Shown here piece after piece: positions 9,701 through 17,984 of a DNA stretch of 50,440 nucleotides. Position 1 is the stretch's first letter. Each line of letters begins with the position of its first letter. Location of the stretch: assembly GCA_040384805.1 (NCBI GenBank), contig JAZKIP010000010.1:29545-79984 (forward strand). Reading direction: 5' to 3'. Under the pieces are notes generated by a model. That model was not told the origin of the DNA and did no database searches. It worked only from the letters and a program-made list of their open reading frames with translations. The position numbers and the translations under genes were made by a program. The stretch is from Patescibacteria group bacterium. Lineage in GTDB: Bacteria; Patescibacteriota; Minisyncoccia; Phycocordibacterales; UBA9973.

Positions 9701-11565
9701 CTTGTGAAGATAAACATCGGAATCATTCATTAGAAAATCAGGTTCTTAATTACCAATTGTTTGCTACAGAAGGTGAGAGTGAGGAGGTTACAAAAGGTAG
9801 ACAAGAGGCTATTTGGGAAATACTTGATAAGTATTATTCAGAGTTACCTGATAAGTCTAAAGAAACTGATAACGATAAGACATGGAGACTTTGCTTAGCA
9901 AGGATGGATCGTCGGAAAATGAAAATAGCTACTGAAAAGAAGGATGATCAAGTTCTCATTAGTTTTAATCCAGAAATTGACCCTGAATTGAAGCAATATA
10001 GCGAAGATGCACTGGCAAAAAATTCAGAGGCAATGAAATATTTACCATTGCAATTATGGTCTCGTAATAAGTTTGAAAAAAATGACGACGCAAAGAAATA
10101 TCCTCAATACGAGGATGATCATACTTTGGCGTTATCTGAGACTAAAATTATTATTAAACAATTGGCTTATGAGAAAGATGAAGAAAGTCAATTTAGGCTT
10201 TTCTATCGCTCTGTTCCATCGTATGTTTGCGCAGTTCTTCTGCGAGATTATTCAGAAAAATTGAAGCCCAATGAAGCAAAGTTTTGCAAGAATGTTGTGA
10301 TTGACTATGCGTCTATGCCCTTACGAAGTGGTTTTCGATATCAAGTTGGTGATGGGCTAGATGTATCAGTAAATATCCTTCCATTGTTGATTAAAAAATT
10401 TCCTAAGGATGCCCAGAAAATCAAAGAAATTCTTTTACTTATACTTTTCGACTCATATCCAATTGGAATGAATCAGCGCGTTTCTGGGTATGCAGTGTCA
10501 GCTATTATGCAACATTTGTGGCAAGAAAGTCCTGATGATGCGAATGCTCTACTCTATGGATATTTATTATTGCAACCAAAATTCGACAAAATACAGGAAA
10601 TTCTTAGAACAGAAAATCGAAAAAATAATGTATATGATTTCTCTAAATCTATCCTCCTAAAGCGTTTCAAGAAAGAATGTAAGAGTGAAATTCTTAAAGC
10701 TGTATCTAATCAACTTTCGTATAGCGATGTACAAAATATATCCGACATAGAAGCTGGTACATTAGTGACTGCTTTTCTGTTGGTGCCATTAAAAACTACT
10801 GACGAAAATCATAAGAAGTTTTTACGAGACATGAGTCCTGTTCTCACAAATTCATTTAAAAGTGAAAAAAGGGAAGAGCATCTTGATTATGTACTGGAGC
10901 ACCACTTTTTAAATAAATTTGCTTATTTTGTGCTTAATTCTCCAAAAGAAGAGATTGAAGTATATGTAAAACCCTTCACAGAACTCATTGGAGATTTCAG
11001 GCGAACTAAAGATGCTGCAGATGTATTGGAGGCATTCGTTATTGCGGAGGATGCTATAAATCAATATGAAGAATTTTGGACTGTATGGCGAGTATTCTAT
11101 CCAAAGATAGTTGAACTCTGTTCTGATGAATATCGTCTTAGACATTCCGAAAGTATAGTTTATAAATATCTATTGGCATTAGAGTGGAAAAAGGAGGCAA
11201 AAGAATGGAGATCATTAAAAGATAGAGAAAAAACTTTCTTTAAAAAGGTGTCAGAAGAGATAGGAGGCAACCCTGCTGTTCTATACTCGATTGCAAAACT
11301 TCTGAATGATATTGGAAGCAATTTTGCCTTTGATGGTATCTCTTGGGTTAGTGCCATGTTGCAAAAAAATCCAGATCTTTCTCGTAAAGAGTTGGAAGTT
11401 AATACTGTCTATTATCTAGAAAACCTTGTAAGGAGTTATATTCTTAAAAATCGTCAAAAAGTTAAAACTGATCAACAATTAAAAAAACAAATTCTTGTTA
11501 TTTTAGATTTTCTCTTAGAAAAAGCCTCAGTAACTGCCTACTTATTGAGAGAAGATATTTTATAA
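6730..11565 (+). CDS. 1611-aa protein: N-terminal Mrr-like PD-(D/E)xK nuclease-like domain + P-loop NTPase (STAND/AAA-like) + about 1300-aa helical C-terminal region
   Basis: The N-terminus FERFCYLLF...HAGIET...VIGWQAKFY resembles the Mrr catalytic pattern (FE..L...DGGID...QxK). Walker A is LSGGAGVGKTAVV (nt 7372-7395) and Walker B-like is YVVFDSAERL. The remainder has no motif I recognise. Confidence 0.85.
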   Translation: MVVDVNWNNFRAKFNLQEEVAFERFCYLLFCKEFNKNLGIFRFKNHAGIETNPVEQGSLVIGWQAKFYTTALSQHTADFKESIDTTKERHPEVNKILFYTNQEFGQDKKKTDPKYKKDIEAHAKSKGIEIEWRTGSYFESSFVCEENSSIAQHFFSLKIGIIDSIIELQKYTELVLQPIRSEIPFGEDVIKLDRSSVVGGIRDTVQNFSIAVLSGGAGVGKTAVVKDLYETVKDSAPLFVFKVTQFKDTSHINQLFKNYGEITATEFITEHKDINEKYVVFDSAERLSEIEDQDVFRMFLSDLVENGWNIIFTVRHNYLDDLRFQLREFYGANFASLNIPFLSAEEVEKIAKEHKFKLPKNDRLVSLLSTPLYLSEYLQDYTEIKSDISYADFREIVWKKQIQNSSYQANNLHRRREECFLKIAKQRANEGGFFVKTQESDQEALQKLEVSEIIKFDPNAGGYFITHDVYEEWALDMLIERSFNTAPDYQTFYQEIGSSLPIRRAFRVWLSDKLFANDDKAKKLIEFSIQDSSVQNHWKDEVLVSVLLSDYSKIFFELFEEELLKEPERSVSVKSSSKVITVVDIDYKFEQRLLHRVLFLLRIACKTVDEDLLKRLGLTRAGAYSLKTIFTTPKGSGWDSVIAFINKNKNKLKLKYMNAILPVLDDWNRGHKQGATTKHASQIALFYYNTLTAHKDFYFSSRDSSKDQIIRTILNGSSEIKKELAKIIDKIVATGDTTHRSRYYELVKTILSSILDSMEIARHLPKEVIKLANLFWFYTPPKDRYPYSDYRNDIEQYFDLAGGHLEYYPASAFQTPIGTLLQVAPQETVNFIISFTNKSIEYFSKSELGDEAEEIDVVIDDSGAVVKQYIGHRIWNTYRGTQVVPPLLESIHMALESWLLNIAKTWDSEVVEKWCLYLIKNSHSSSITAIVVSTVLAEPSKLFNVAKILFRTKDLFFFDSARMQLDMTHAKFSYSMAHDPTEIFKNERLQTCEDKHRNHSLENQVLNYQLFATEGESEEVTKGRQEAIWEILDKYYSELPDKSKETDNDKTWRLCLARMDRRKMKIATEKKDDQVLISFNPEIDPELKQYSEDALAKNSEAMKYLPLQLWSRNKFEKNDDAKKYPQYEDDHTLALSETKIIIKQLAYEKDEESQFRLFYRSVPSYVCAVLLRDYSEKLKPNEAKFCKNVVIDYASMPLRSGFRYQVGDGLDVSVNILPLLIKKFPKDAQKIKEILLLILFDSYPIGMNQRVSGYAVSAIMQHLWQESPDDANALLYGYLLLQPKFDKIQEILRTENRKNNVYDFSKSILLKRFKKECKSEILKAVSNQLSYSDVQNISDIEAGTLVTAFLLVPLKTTDENHKKFLRDMSPVLTNSFKSEKREEHLDYVLEHHFLNKFAYFVLNSPKEEIEVYVKPFTELIGDFRRTKDAADVLEAFVIAEDAINQYEEFWTVWRVFYPKIVELCSDEYRLRHSESIVYKYLLALEWKKEAKEWRSLKDREKTFFKKVSEEIGGNPAVLYSIAKLLNDIGSNFAFDGISWVSAMLQKNPDLSRKELEVNTVYYLENLVRSYILKNRQKVKTDQQLKKQILVILDFLLEKASVTAYLLREDIL

Positions 11566-11569
11566 AGTA

Positions 11570-12646
11570 ATGACTTGTCTCAAACCACATCAACACTACT
11601 CAGATTTGTACGATCGCCATACCGTAGAGAAATGTCGTTGGTGGGAAGAACATTCACCTAACCTTGAAGAACTTCGAGAAAAGGCGAAAGAAAAAGACGA
11701 GGAGGTAGACGAAAAAGAATTGATCCGAGCTGCGAATACATATACCAACCTTCACTTTTTCTTTCTCACAGGTGATCGCTACATTAATAAAGAGAAAACG
11801 ATTAGTGAATGGATGCAACGCGATGAGGAAAGCGATAAGTTCTTTGAAAGCGTTAGAGAACCAGAAAATATCAACTGTTTGACTTGCGGTCGCTTGATGT
11901 TTATTAGTTCACATCATAATCAGCAAGGATTTAAAGATGAGAAAGATAGAGTTCTCTTTATGTACGATTGTCCTTTAGAACATATTCCACGTCGAGCTTT
12001 CTATGATGACGGTGAGGAATTTCGACGGGAGAAGCCAACTTGTCCTAAATGTCACGCTGAAGTGGTTGAAGAAGACAAAACTACTGATGAGAAATTCATC
12101 ACTATCGTTACTTGTCCGAATTGTAACTACACAAATATCTCAGAGATTGAACGCACTGTTGAAAAAGAAGATCCTCACTTTGAACGCGATCGAGCAAGGT
12201 TTTGCCTCGATGAGAAGAGGGGTCAAGAGTTCATCGAGGGTAAACAAAACATAGAAGGACTTGCTCGTCTGATGGATGAGATTAAGGAGAAAGAAAAGAA
12301 TAAAGATAAGTATGATGCGGTAGCCAAGCTCAAAAAGTTAAAGATTATAGAGCTTGAGGAATTACTTATACCTATTGTTGAGAAAGTAGAATATATACGC
12401 TTTCAACTCAAACAGCCGGAGATTAATAAGGATGTAGTAGTACCTTTTGTTGTCTATGAAAAGAAAGCTGATAGAGGGGAATATGACAGTAAGAAGACTT
12501 TAGAGAAATTGATCAAGGGTGCTTTAGCTGATACCAACTGGAGACTTATGAGCGATGGAGTAAGTTATAGGCTGGGGATGCTTGAGGGTCGACTGCGAGC
12601 CTATGAAAGAGAGGAAGATTTACTTAAGCTTGTGAGTCAAAAATGA
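11570..12646 (+). CDS. zinc-ribbon protein (several CxxC pairs) with a coiled-coil C-terminus, hypothetical
   Basis: 358 aa. CLTCGR...CPLEH...CPKCHAE...CPNCNY. It starts 4 nt after the giant gene. Confidence 0.75.
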   Translation: MTCLKPHQHYSDLYDRHTVEKCRWWEEHSPNLEELREKAKEKDEEVDEKELIRAANTYTNLHFFFLTGDRYINKEKTISEWMQRDEESDKFFESVREPENINCLTCGRLMFISSHHNQQGFKDEKDRVLFMYDCPLEHIPRRAFYDDGEEFRREKPTCPKCHAEVVEEDKTTDEKFITIVTCPNCNYTNISEIERTVEKEDPHFERDRARFCLDEKRGQEFIEGKQNIEGLARLMDEIKEKEKNKDKYDAVAKLKKLKIIELEELLIPIVEKVEYIRFQLKQPEINKDVVVPFVVYEKKADRGEYDSKKTLEKLIKGALADTNWRLMSDGVSYRLGMLEGRLRAYEREEDLLKLVSQK

Positions 12647-12659
12647 TAAAATTAAACCA

Positions 12660-13529
12660 ATGACAAAAGAACAAGCAGGCGGATATATCTTTGAGGCAGC
12701 TATATGGGAACTTTTAAAGAAATCTGGGTATATAACTGTAAAAGGTGACAAGTTACGAGGCAGAGGTAGTGAACATCAAATAGATGCTGTAGGGTACTGG
12801 AAAATTCCAATTCCTTTTGTTTTTCCTGTAAGGTTAATGCTTGAAGGTAAGTTTAAAGAGACAACTGACTTATCATCTGTTCGCAGTTTTCTTGGTGCAC
12901 ATATTGATATTAAAGAAAATTATTTCGTTCGGGGGAAAAGTCGGCCTTCACGATATACAGATGTAGCTTGTATTTGTTGTAAAGGCTCATTTACACAACC
13001 TGCGCAAGATTATGCATGGGCGCATAATATTTTTCTGGTCTCGTTTAGAGGAGTCCAAAGTCTTCGAGGTATTATTGAAAACATTGAGCAATTCTTGAAT
13101 GAAGCGAACTTAGAAGTTAGCAGAGAAGATCTTATTCTTTCATTTCAAAATCAGTCAGGAGTGGTAAATCAGAACTTAATTCTTATTGTTGGAATGTTAG
13201 ATGGCAAGTACCCAATTATGCTTTCTGCGGATAAAGAATTTACTAAATTTTTAGAACGTCGAAGTTTAGAGACTGGGGATGTTTTGCGTGCAGTAAAGAC
13301 TGAAAGGTTTACTGGCGAGAGTGAGACAGTATACCGAATTGGCTTCATTGAAAATGAGAGGATTCCTGTTGAATTTTCCTTACCGAACGGAATTGCAACA
13401 AAGTTAAGTCGTCATATAGATCAAACTCATTATGGTCGGAAAATATTTGATATTGAGATTCCGTCTGTTCAATCATCTAAAGGTAAAGAAACGAGAAGAA
13501 TTTTTAAACTTAATGTTATTCTCGGGTAA
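12660..13529 (+). CDS. restriction-endonuclease-like (Mrr-type PD-(D/E)xK) protein
   Basis: 289 aa. GYIFEAAIWELLKKSGY...EHQIDAVGY...RLMLEGKFKE gives the FE..L..GY / D / ExK order typical of Mrr_cat nucleases. It starts 13 nt after the previous gene. Confidence 0.7.
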   Translation: MTKEQAGGYIFEAAIWELLKKSGYITVKGDKLRGRGSEHQIDAVGYWKIPIPFVFPVRLMLEGKFKETTDLSSVRSFLGAHIDIKENYFVRGKSRPSRYTDVACICCKGSFTQPAQDYAWAHNIFLVSFRGVQSLRGIIENIEQFLNEANLEVSREDLILSFQNQSGVVNQNLILIVGMLDGKYPIMLSADKEFTKFLERRSLETGDVLRAVKTERFTGESETVYRIGFIENERIPVEFSLPNGIATKLSRHIDQTHYGRKIFDIEIPSVQSSKGKETRRIFKLNVILG

Positions 13530-13582
13530 TTTTTTGAGTATCTTTCTGGTATACTTTTGTTATGATATCTCTGTAAAAAATT

Positions 13583-13909
13583 ATGAAAAAGCGCCCCTCT
13601 GTCAGACAAGTGAGATACGCCTACGGTCTCATGAATCATCACAAATCAAAACAGCAAGTCGCCCTTGAAGCTGGCTTTTCGGAGAGTACAGCGCGCGTAC
13701 CTAAATCCATCGAGAATAAGCTCGGTTTTAAGCTCGCCATGGCCCAATTAGCGGGCGAAATGGAGAATGTTACTATGAAGCTCATGTTTGAGCTTCAGGC
13801 ACGAGATATGAGCAAAATGAGCAATAAGGATCTCCTGCAATCTCTCGATGTAATGTCTAAAACTCACGAACGTTTCTATTCTCAAATTCCCGAGGAAATG
13901 AAATACTAA
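13583..13909 (+). CDS. small HTH-like protein, hypothetical
   Basis: 108 aa. KQQVALEAGFSESTARV looks like a helix-turn-helix. Confidence 0.5.
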   Translation: MKKRPSVRQVRYAYGLMNHHKSKQQVALEAGFSESTARVPKSIENKLGFKLAMAQLAGEMENVTMKLMFELQARDMSKMSNKDLLQSLDVMSKTHERFYSQIPEEMKY

Positions 13910-13969
13910 GCCTTTATTTTTACCAGAAATATGGTAGTATAAAAGCACAACTTAATAAAAAAAGTAGCC

Positions 13970-14110
13970 TAAACCTTTAGTAATAAAGGCATGGTGAAAG
14001 CTCAAGTCCTGCAAAGACATAAAAAACCGATCATGGGTTTGTCTTTGCAGGCCGTGTCCGAAAGGATACGAGGAGCGAAAGCTTCTATCCCGTGGTCGGC
14101 TTTTTGTTTG
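13970..14110 (+). ncRNA. structured RNA leader, copy A (motif shared with 42530-42682)
   Basis: P1 is CCTTTA-GTAA-TAAAGG (13974-13989). P2 is CCTGCAAAGAC/GTCTTTGCAGG (14008-18/14041-51). P3 is GTCC-GAAA-GGAT (14056-67). It ends in a T-rich tail. Copy B keeps the same architecture with compensatory changes. Confidence 0.55.
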
Positions 14111-14152
14111 CCTGCTTCTGGAATTTATAAATCAGAAACAAAGAATGTATTT

Positions 14153-14467
14153 ATGAAAAATATAAAAATAATAGTTGCTACGTTTATCGTTACAGGTATC
14201 TTGACGATCGCGGGGTCTGTATTTGCAGGATTTTTAATTGGCGTTCCATCAACTGCTGATGGGAAAAATACTCAAGGAACAATTTTTGTTCCACCTCAAC
14301 CTATTACTAAATCGGGATGTTTGTCTGTATCTGAACAAATTGCGAAAGGATATAAATATGATAGTTGTACTGGCGAGAAGTTGCCCGCAAGTTTTTCTCC
14401 AGATCAAGTAGAAGCACGATTTCAAGCAATTGAAGCGAGACTGAATAAATTAGAAGCTAAGAGGTAA
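14153..14467 (+). CDS. small membrane-anchored/secreted protein
   Basis: MKNIKIIVATFIVTGILTIAGSVFA is signal-anchor-like. I prefer the ATG at 14153 because the upstream part of ORF 13991.. overlaps the structured leader. Confidence 0.55.
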   Translation: MKNIKIIVATFIVTGILTIAGSVFAGFLIGVPSTADGKNTQGTIFVPPQPITKSGCLSVSEQIAKGYKYDSCTGEKLPASFSPDQVEARFQAIEARLNKLEAKR

Positions 14468-14473
14468 ACTTCT

Positions 14474-14641
14474 ATGGAAACCATACTAATTATATTTGGA
14501 TGTTTAGTGGTTTATTGCCTATTTAGGATAGAGCAGAAGATTGAAAAGCTTTATGATAGTTTTGAAAGCTTTTATGGAGATTGGCAGAATAGACATGATC
14601 CATATATACCTACATACGACAGTGAAGATATAACTTCATAA
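14474..14641 (+). CDS. possible 55-aa single-TM peptide
   Basis: METILIIFGCLVVYCLF... starts 7 nt after the previous stop. It is below the ORF-track cutoff. Confidence 0.3.
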   Translation: METILIIFGCLVVYCLFRIEQKIEKLYDSFESFYGDWQNRHDPYIPTYDSEDITS

Positions 14642-14700
14642 GTCTAAAGGAGATTTTGACAAATACTGCGTAAATTGTAGTATAAAGAAAAACCTAGAAT

Positions 14701-15093
14701 TTGGAAAATCAAAACAAATCCTCGCTTTGGCAAATCATTCGTTTTGGAGTTGTAGGAGTTCTAGCAGTTGGTTTATATTATGGAATACTATATGCACTTA
14801 CCGAGTTTCTTCATGTTTGGTACTTACTATCTGCAGTCATAGCTTATGTTTTTAATATCACTTCCAATTTTATCTTGCATAAATACTGGACGTTTAAAAA
14901 CAAAGACAAGCAGAAAGTTCGTAAGCAAATATTTTGGTACCTCGTATTGTGTATATCGTTCTTTATCGTAAACACGACATCCTTGTATATACTTGTTGAG
15001 ATCGTTCATTTATACTATCTTCACGCACAAATCATTCTGACGGTTATCCTCAGTATTACAAGCTATTTCCTTACTAAAAGAATTTTTGCCTAA
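14701..15093 (+). CDS. GtrA-family membrane protein
   Basis: 130 aa with 4 TM. IRFGVVGVLAVGLYYGILY...NFILHKYWTF is the GtrA-like signature. TTG start. Confidence 0.7.
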   Translation: MENQNKSSLWQIIRFGVVGVLAVGLYYGILYALTEFLHVWYLLSAVIAYVFNITSNFILHKYWTFKNKDKQKVRKQIFWYLVLCISFFIVNTTSLYILVEIVHLYYLHAQIILTVILSITSYFLTKRIFA

Positions 15094-15120
15094 GACCTCG
15101 CACTTGCGGGGTCTTTAATT
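15093..15120 (+). terminator. intrinsic terminator after the GtrA-like gene
   Basis: AGACCTCGC-ACTT-GCGGGGTCT (9 bp including one G.U), followed by TTAATTT. Confidence 0.55.
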
Positions 15121-15511
15121 TAATAGCTTGCATTTTGAGAACACTTAGGCTATTATATTTCCAGTTCATTTTATAAATGTCACTTTCCCAAATATTGTGG
15201 TGATTCCACTGGACCCACAAAAATAGCGGTAAACCGCCCCCAACCAAACAACCGTGCGATTCCTCGCATACCATTGCTAGATAAGCCCGACAGCTTTCAC
15301 ATCATTATTAGTACGTCATGTACTTACTTATGCTGTTAGCTTGGTTGTAATCTAAAAATTTAATAACAAGATGAAAGCATAAGTAGCACCTGACAGGGTG
15401 TTTTTTTGTTTTTTACAAAATAAACATTCTTAACTTTGTTTTTGGTGTTAGCCTTGGGTAAAGAATTCATCCTTTGCTATCCAAGGCGAACACGAGAAAC
15501 AGCAAAGGAAT

Positions 15512-17581
15512 ATGTTAAATCAAAAAGAATTTTTATCTCTGTTTTCAAGCTGTAGGTTTAGGTATATACACGAAGTCAACAAAGAAGTTGTTCAAGGCAC
15601 TAACGCATTAAGTTCGTCGTGGAATAGTAAAGGTTACGGGGTCTATTTTACAGTTAACGGATTCCCACCTGCTGGTGCAGCGACTATTGCAAATCTTGCA
15701 TGTCTTAATTGCAACTTTATTGATATAGATATAAAAAAAGACGGAATTTCTCAACAAGAAAGAAGCTTGTTGATACAGGAGAGAATCATGCGAGCATATG
15801 AAGAAGGTATTTTAATGCCTACGATTATCGTCAGAACAAAAAATGGTGCTCATTTGTACTGGCTTTATACAGGATCTATTTCATCTCCTTCGAATTCTCA
15901 AATACTGCAATGGCAGAGTGTTCAAAATCGGCTAGTAAAATATTTTGATGGTGATAAAAATGCTAAAGACATAGCAAGAGTTTTGCGGGTGCCTTTTACA
16001 AATCATTTGAAAGACCCATCAGATCCTTATTTTATAACAATCGATAGTTATAAACCCGAAAATTTGTACTCTCTTGAAGAGTTAAACGAAGCGCTTCCTA
16101 AATATGAGGATGAAGTACTAGTTGAAAATAAAATATCAGCTACAGAATTATTATTAAAAGGTATTCCTGTTGGGCAAGGGTTACGGCATGGAGCGCTAGC
16201 GCAAATGGCAGGTTTATTTTTGAGAGGGGCTGATACTCCAGAAAAAATTGCTATTGCAAGAAAAAACTATTATGACTGGGATAAAGGAATCGTAGGGTCG
16301 CCCGAAAAATTCGAGGATAGAAAAAAAGAACTAGATAATACCTTTGACGGTATTTTGAAGTTAAACCTTAAAAAAACTGTAAATAAATTTCAGCAACCTG
16401 AAAAAATAATACTTAAAAAAGCAATAACTAGGTGTTTTTCTGATATACAATCTGTTGCTATTAACTGGTTATGGCCGAATAGAATAGCAATAGGAAAATT
16501 GACTTTAATTGCCGGTGATCCCGGCCTTGGAAAAAGTTTAGTAACTGCCACATTAGCAGCTAATGTTTCAAAAAGTTACGCATGGCCCATTGATAATTTT
16601 AGCGCTCCTCTAGGGGATGTAATTTTACTGTCGGCTGAAGATGATCCAGCTGATACTATTAAGCCACGTCTTGAAGCTATTGGAGCCGATTGTTCTCGGA
16701 TACATATTTTAGAAGCTGTTGAAGTAAAAATGGAAGAGGGGATGGAGGAAAGAATGTTTTCTCTTGAAAGCGATCTAAAAATTCTTGAAGAGTTGTTGGA
16801 TACTTTGCCAGAGTGCAAATTAGTCATCATTGATCCAATATCTGCTTATCTTGGAGATACAGATAGTAATAAAAATGCCGAAGTAAGAGGTTTACTTGCT
16901 CGATTATCAAAATTGGCTGGAAAATATAAATCAGCTTTTGTATTAGTAAGTCATCTAAATAAAAATACTGGGACAAGTGCGATGTATCGTACTAGCGGAT
17001 CATTGGCATTTGTTGCTGCTGTGCGAAGTGCTTTCATGGTCACAAAAGATAAGGATAATCCCGAACGTAGATTATTCATGCCCATAAAAAGCAATATAGC
17101 AAAAGATACAACTGGATATGCTTATTCAGTAGTAGAGGCCGAAAATAAAGCACCAATGATTGTTTGGGAAAATGAAGTTGTTGATATTCCAGTTGAAGAG
17201 GCTCTTGCTCCTGTTGAGTCTCCAGAAGAACATAGTGCCACTGATGAAGCAAAAGTATTTTTGATCTATTCTCTAAAGAATGGGCCGAGAAGAGCAGATG
17301 AAGTACAAAAAGAAGCTAGGTCGGCTGGCATTACTCCTAAACCTCTAAGATCAGCGAAAGAAAAATTAGGAATAAAGTCACAGAAAACATCAAACTTTAC
17401 AGGTGGTTTTTGGGTGTGGCAATTACCCGAAGATGCCCTCACAGCAGAAGAAGCCCTATTAAAAAGGGAGGGCATGTTGGATGATCAAGGGCATCTTCGA
17501 AATAGTTTTAACAAACTAGACAACTTTGTAGAGGATATAAAGTCGGAACCAGAGATCAAAGACGATTCATTGGATTTATAA
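15512..17581 (+). CDS. element replicase: primase-like N-terminal domain + RecA-like (AAA_25/RepA-type) ATPase
   Basis: 689 aa. The N-terminus has VRTKNGAHLYW and RVLRVPFTNH (primase-like). The C-terminus has LIAGDPGLGKS (Walker A), VIIDPISAYLG (Walker B) and VSHLNK. Confidence 0.75.
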   Translation: MLNQKEFLSLFSSCRFRYIHEVNKEVVQGTNALSSSWNSKGYGVYFTVNGFPPAGAATIANLACLNCNFIDIDIKKDGISQQERSLLIQERIMRAYEEGILMPTIIVRTKNGAHLYWLYTGSISSPSNSQILQWQSVQNRLVKYFDGDKNAKDIARVLRVPFTNHLKDPSDPYFITIDSYKPENLYSLEELNEALPKYEDEVLVENKISATELLLKGIPVGQGLRHGALAQMAGLFLRGADTPEKIAIARKNYYDWDKGIVGSPEKFEDRKKELDNTFDGILKLNLKKTVNKFQQPEKIILKKAITRCFSDIQSVAINWLWPNRIAIGKLTLIAGDPGLGKSLVTATLAANVSKSYAWPIDNFSAPLGDVILLSAEDDPADTIKPRLEAIGADCSRIHILEAVEVKMEEGMEERMFSLESDLKILEELLDTLPECKLVIIDPISAYLGDTDSNKNAEVRGLLARLSKLAGKYKSAFVLVSHLNKNTGTSAMYRTSGSLAFVAAVRSAFMVTKDKDNPERRLFMPIKSNIAKDTTGYAYSVVEAENKAPMIVWENEVVDIPVEEALAPVESPEEHSATDEAKVFLIYSLKNGPRRADEVQKEARSAGITPKPLRSAKEKLGIKSQKTSNFTGGFWVWQLPEDALTAEEALLKREGMLDDQGHLRNSFNKLDNFVEDIKSEPEIKDDSLDL

Positions 17582-17596
17582 GAACGCTAACATCCA

Positions 17597-17770
17597 ATGT
17601 CAATCGATAACATAAAAAACAAAAAACCAAGAAAAGGAAAGGCTAAAAATACGAAGCCCTTTGTGTTTTCTTATTATGTTGTTGAATCAGCATCGGAAAC
17701 AGAAGTTCAGTCGAGAATAGATAAAGCGTTCGACATCCTTTTCTCGGAGGTTGTGAATAAGTCTAATTGA
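17597..17770 (+). CDS. possible 57-aa basic/acidic small protein
   Basis: MSIDNIKNKKPRKGKAKNTK... lies between the replicase and the excisionase-like gene. It is below the ORF-track cutoff. Confidence 0.3.
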   Translation: MSIDNIKNKKPRKGKAKNTKPFVFSYYVVESASETEVQSRIDKAFDILFSEVVNKSN

Positions 17771-17802
17771 CATCTATAGACAATTAGGAGTATAGTATAT
17801 TT

Positions 17803-17982
17803 ATGGAATTTCTAACTAGGACCGAGGTAGCAAAATATTTCAGAGTTCACGAAAGAACAGTTGATCGCTGGATTGAGAGCGGTATTTTGAAGAGTTATAA
17901 ACTTGGAAAGGGCAGGACTGCGTTATTGAGAATACCAAAGTCAGAGGTAAAGAAGTTTTTAGAGAAAAGTAAAAACAAATAA
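17803..17982 (+). CDS. excisionase-family / MerR-like HTH DNA-binding protein
   Basis: 59 aa. LTRTEVAKYFRVHERTVDRWIESGILKSYKLGKG...RIPKSEV is the classic HTH_17/excisionase pattern. It ends 2 nt before the recombinase start. Confidence 0.75.
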   Translation: MEFLTRTEVAKYFRVHERTVDRWIESGILKSYKLGKGRTALLRIPKSEVKKFLEKSKNK

Positions 17983-17984
17983 AA

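Noticed and set aside
13991-14152. N-terminal extension of the 14153 gene (ORF-track start at 13991)
   Set aside because: The extension coincides with the conserved structured leader, whose second copy (42530-42682) has no open reading frame. A good signal-anchor begins at the internal ATG at 14153.
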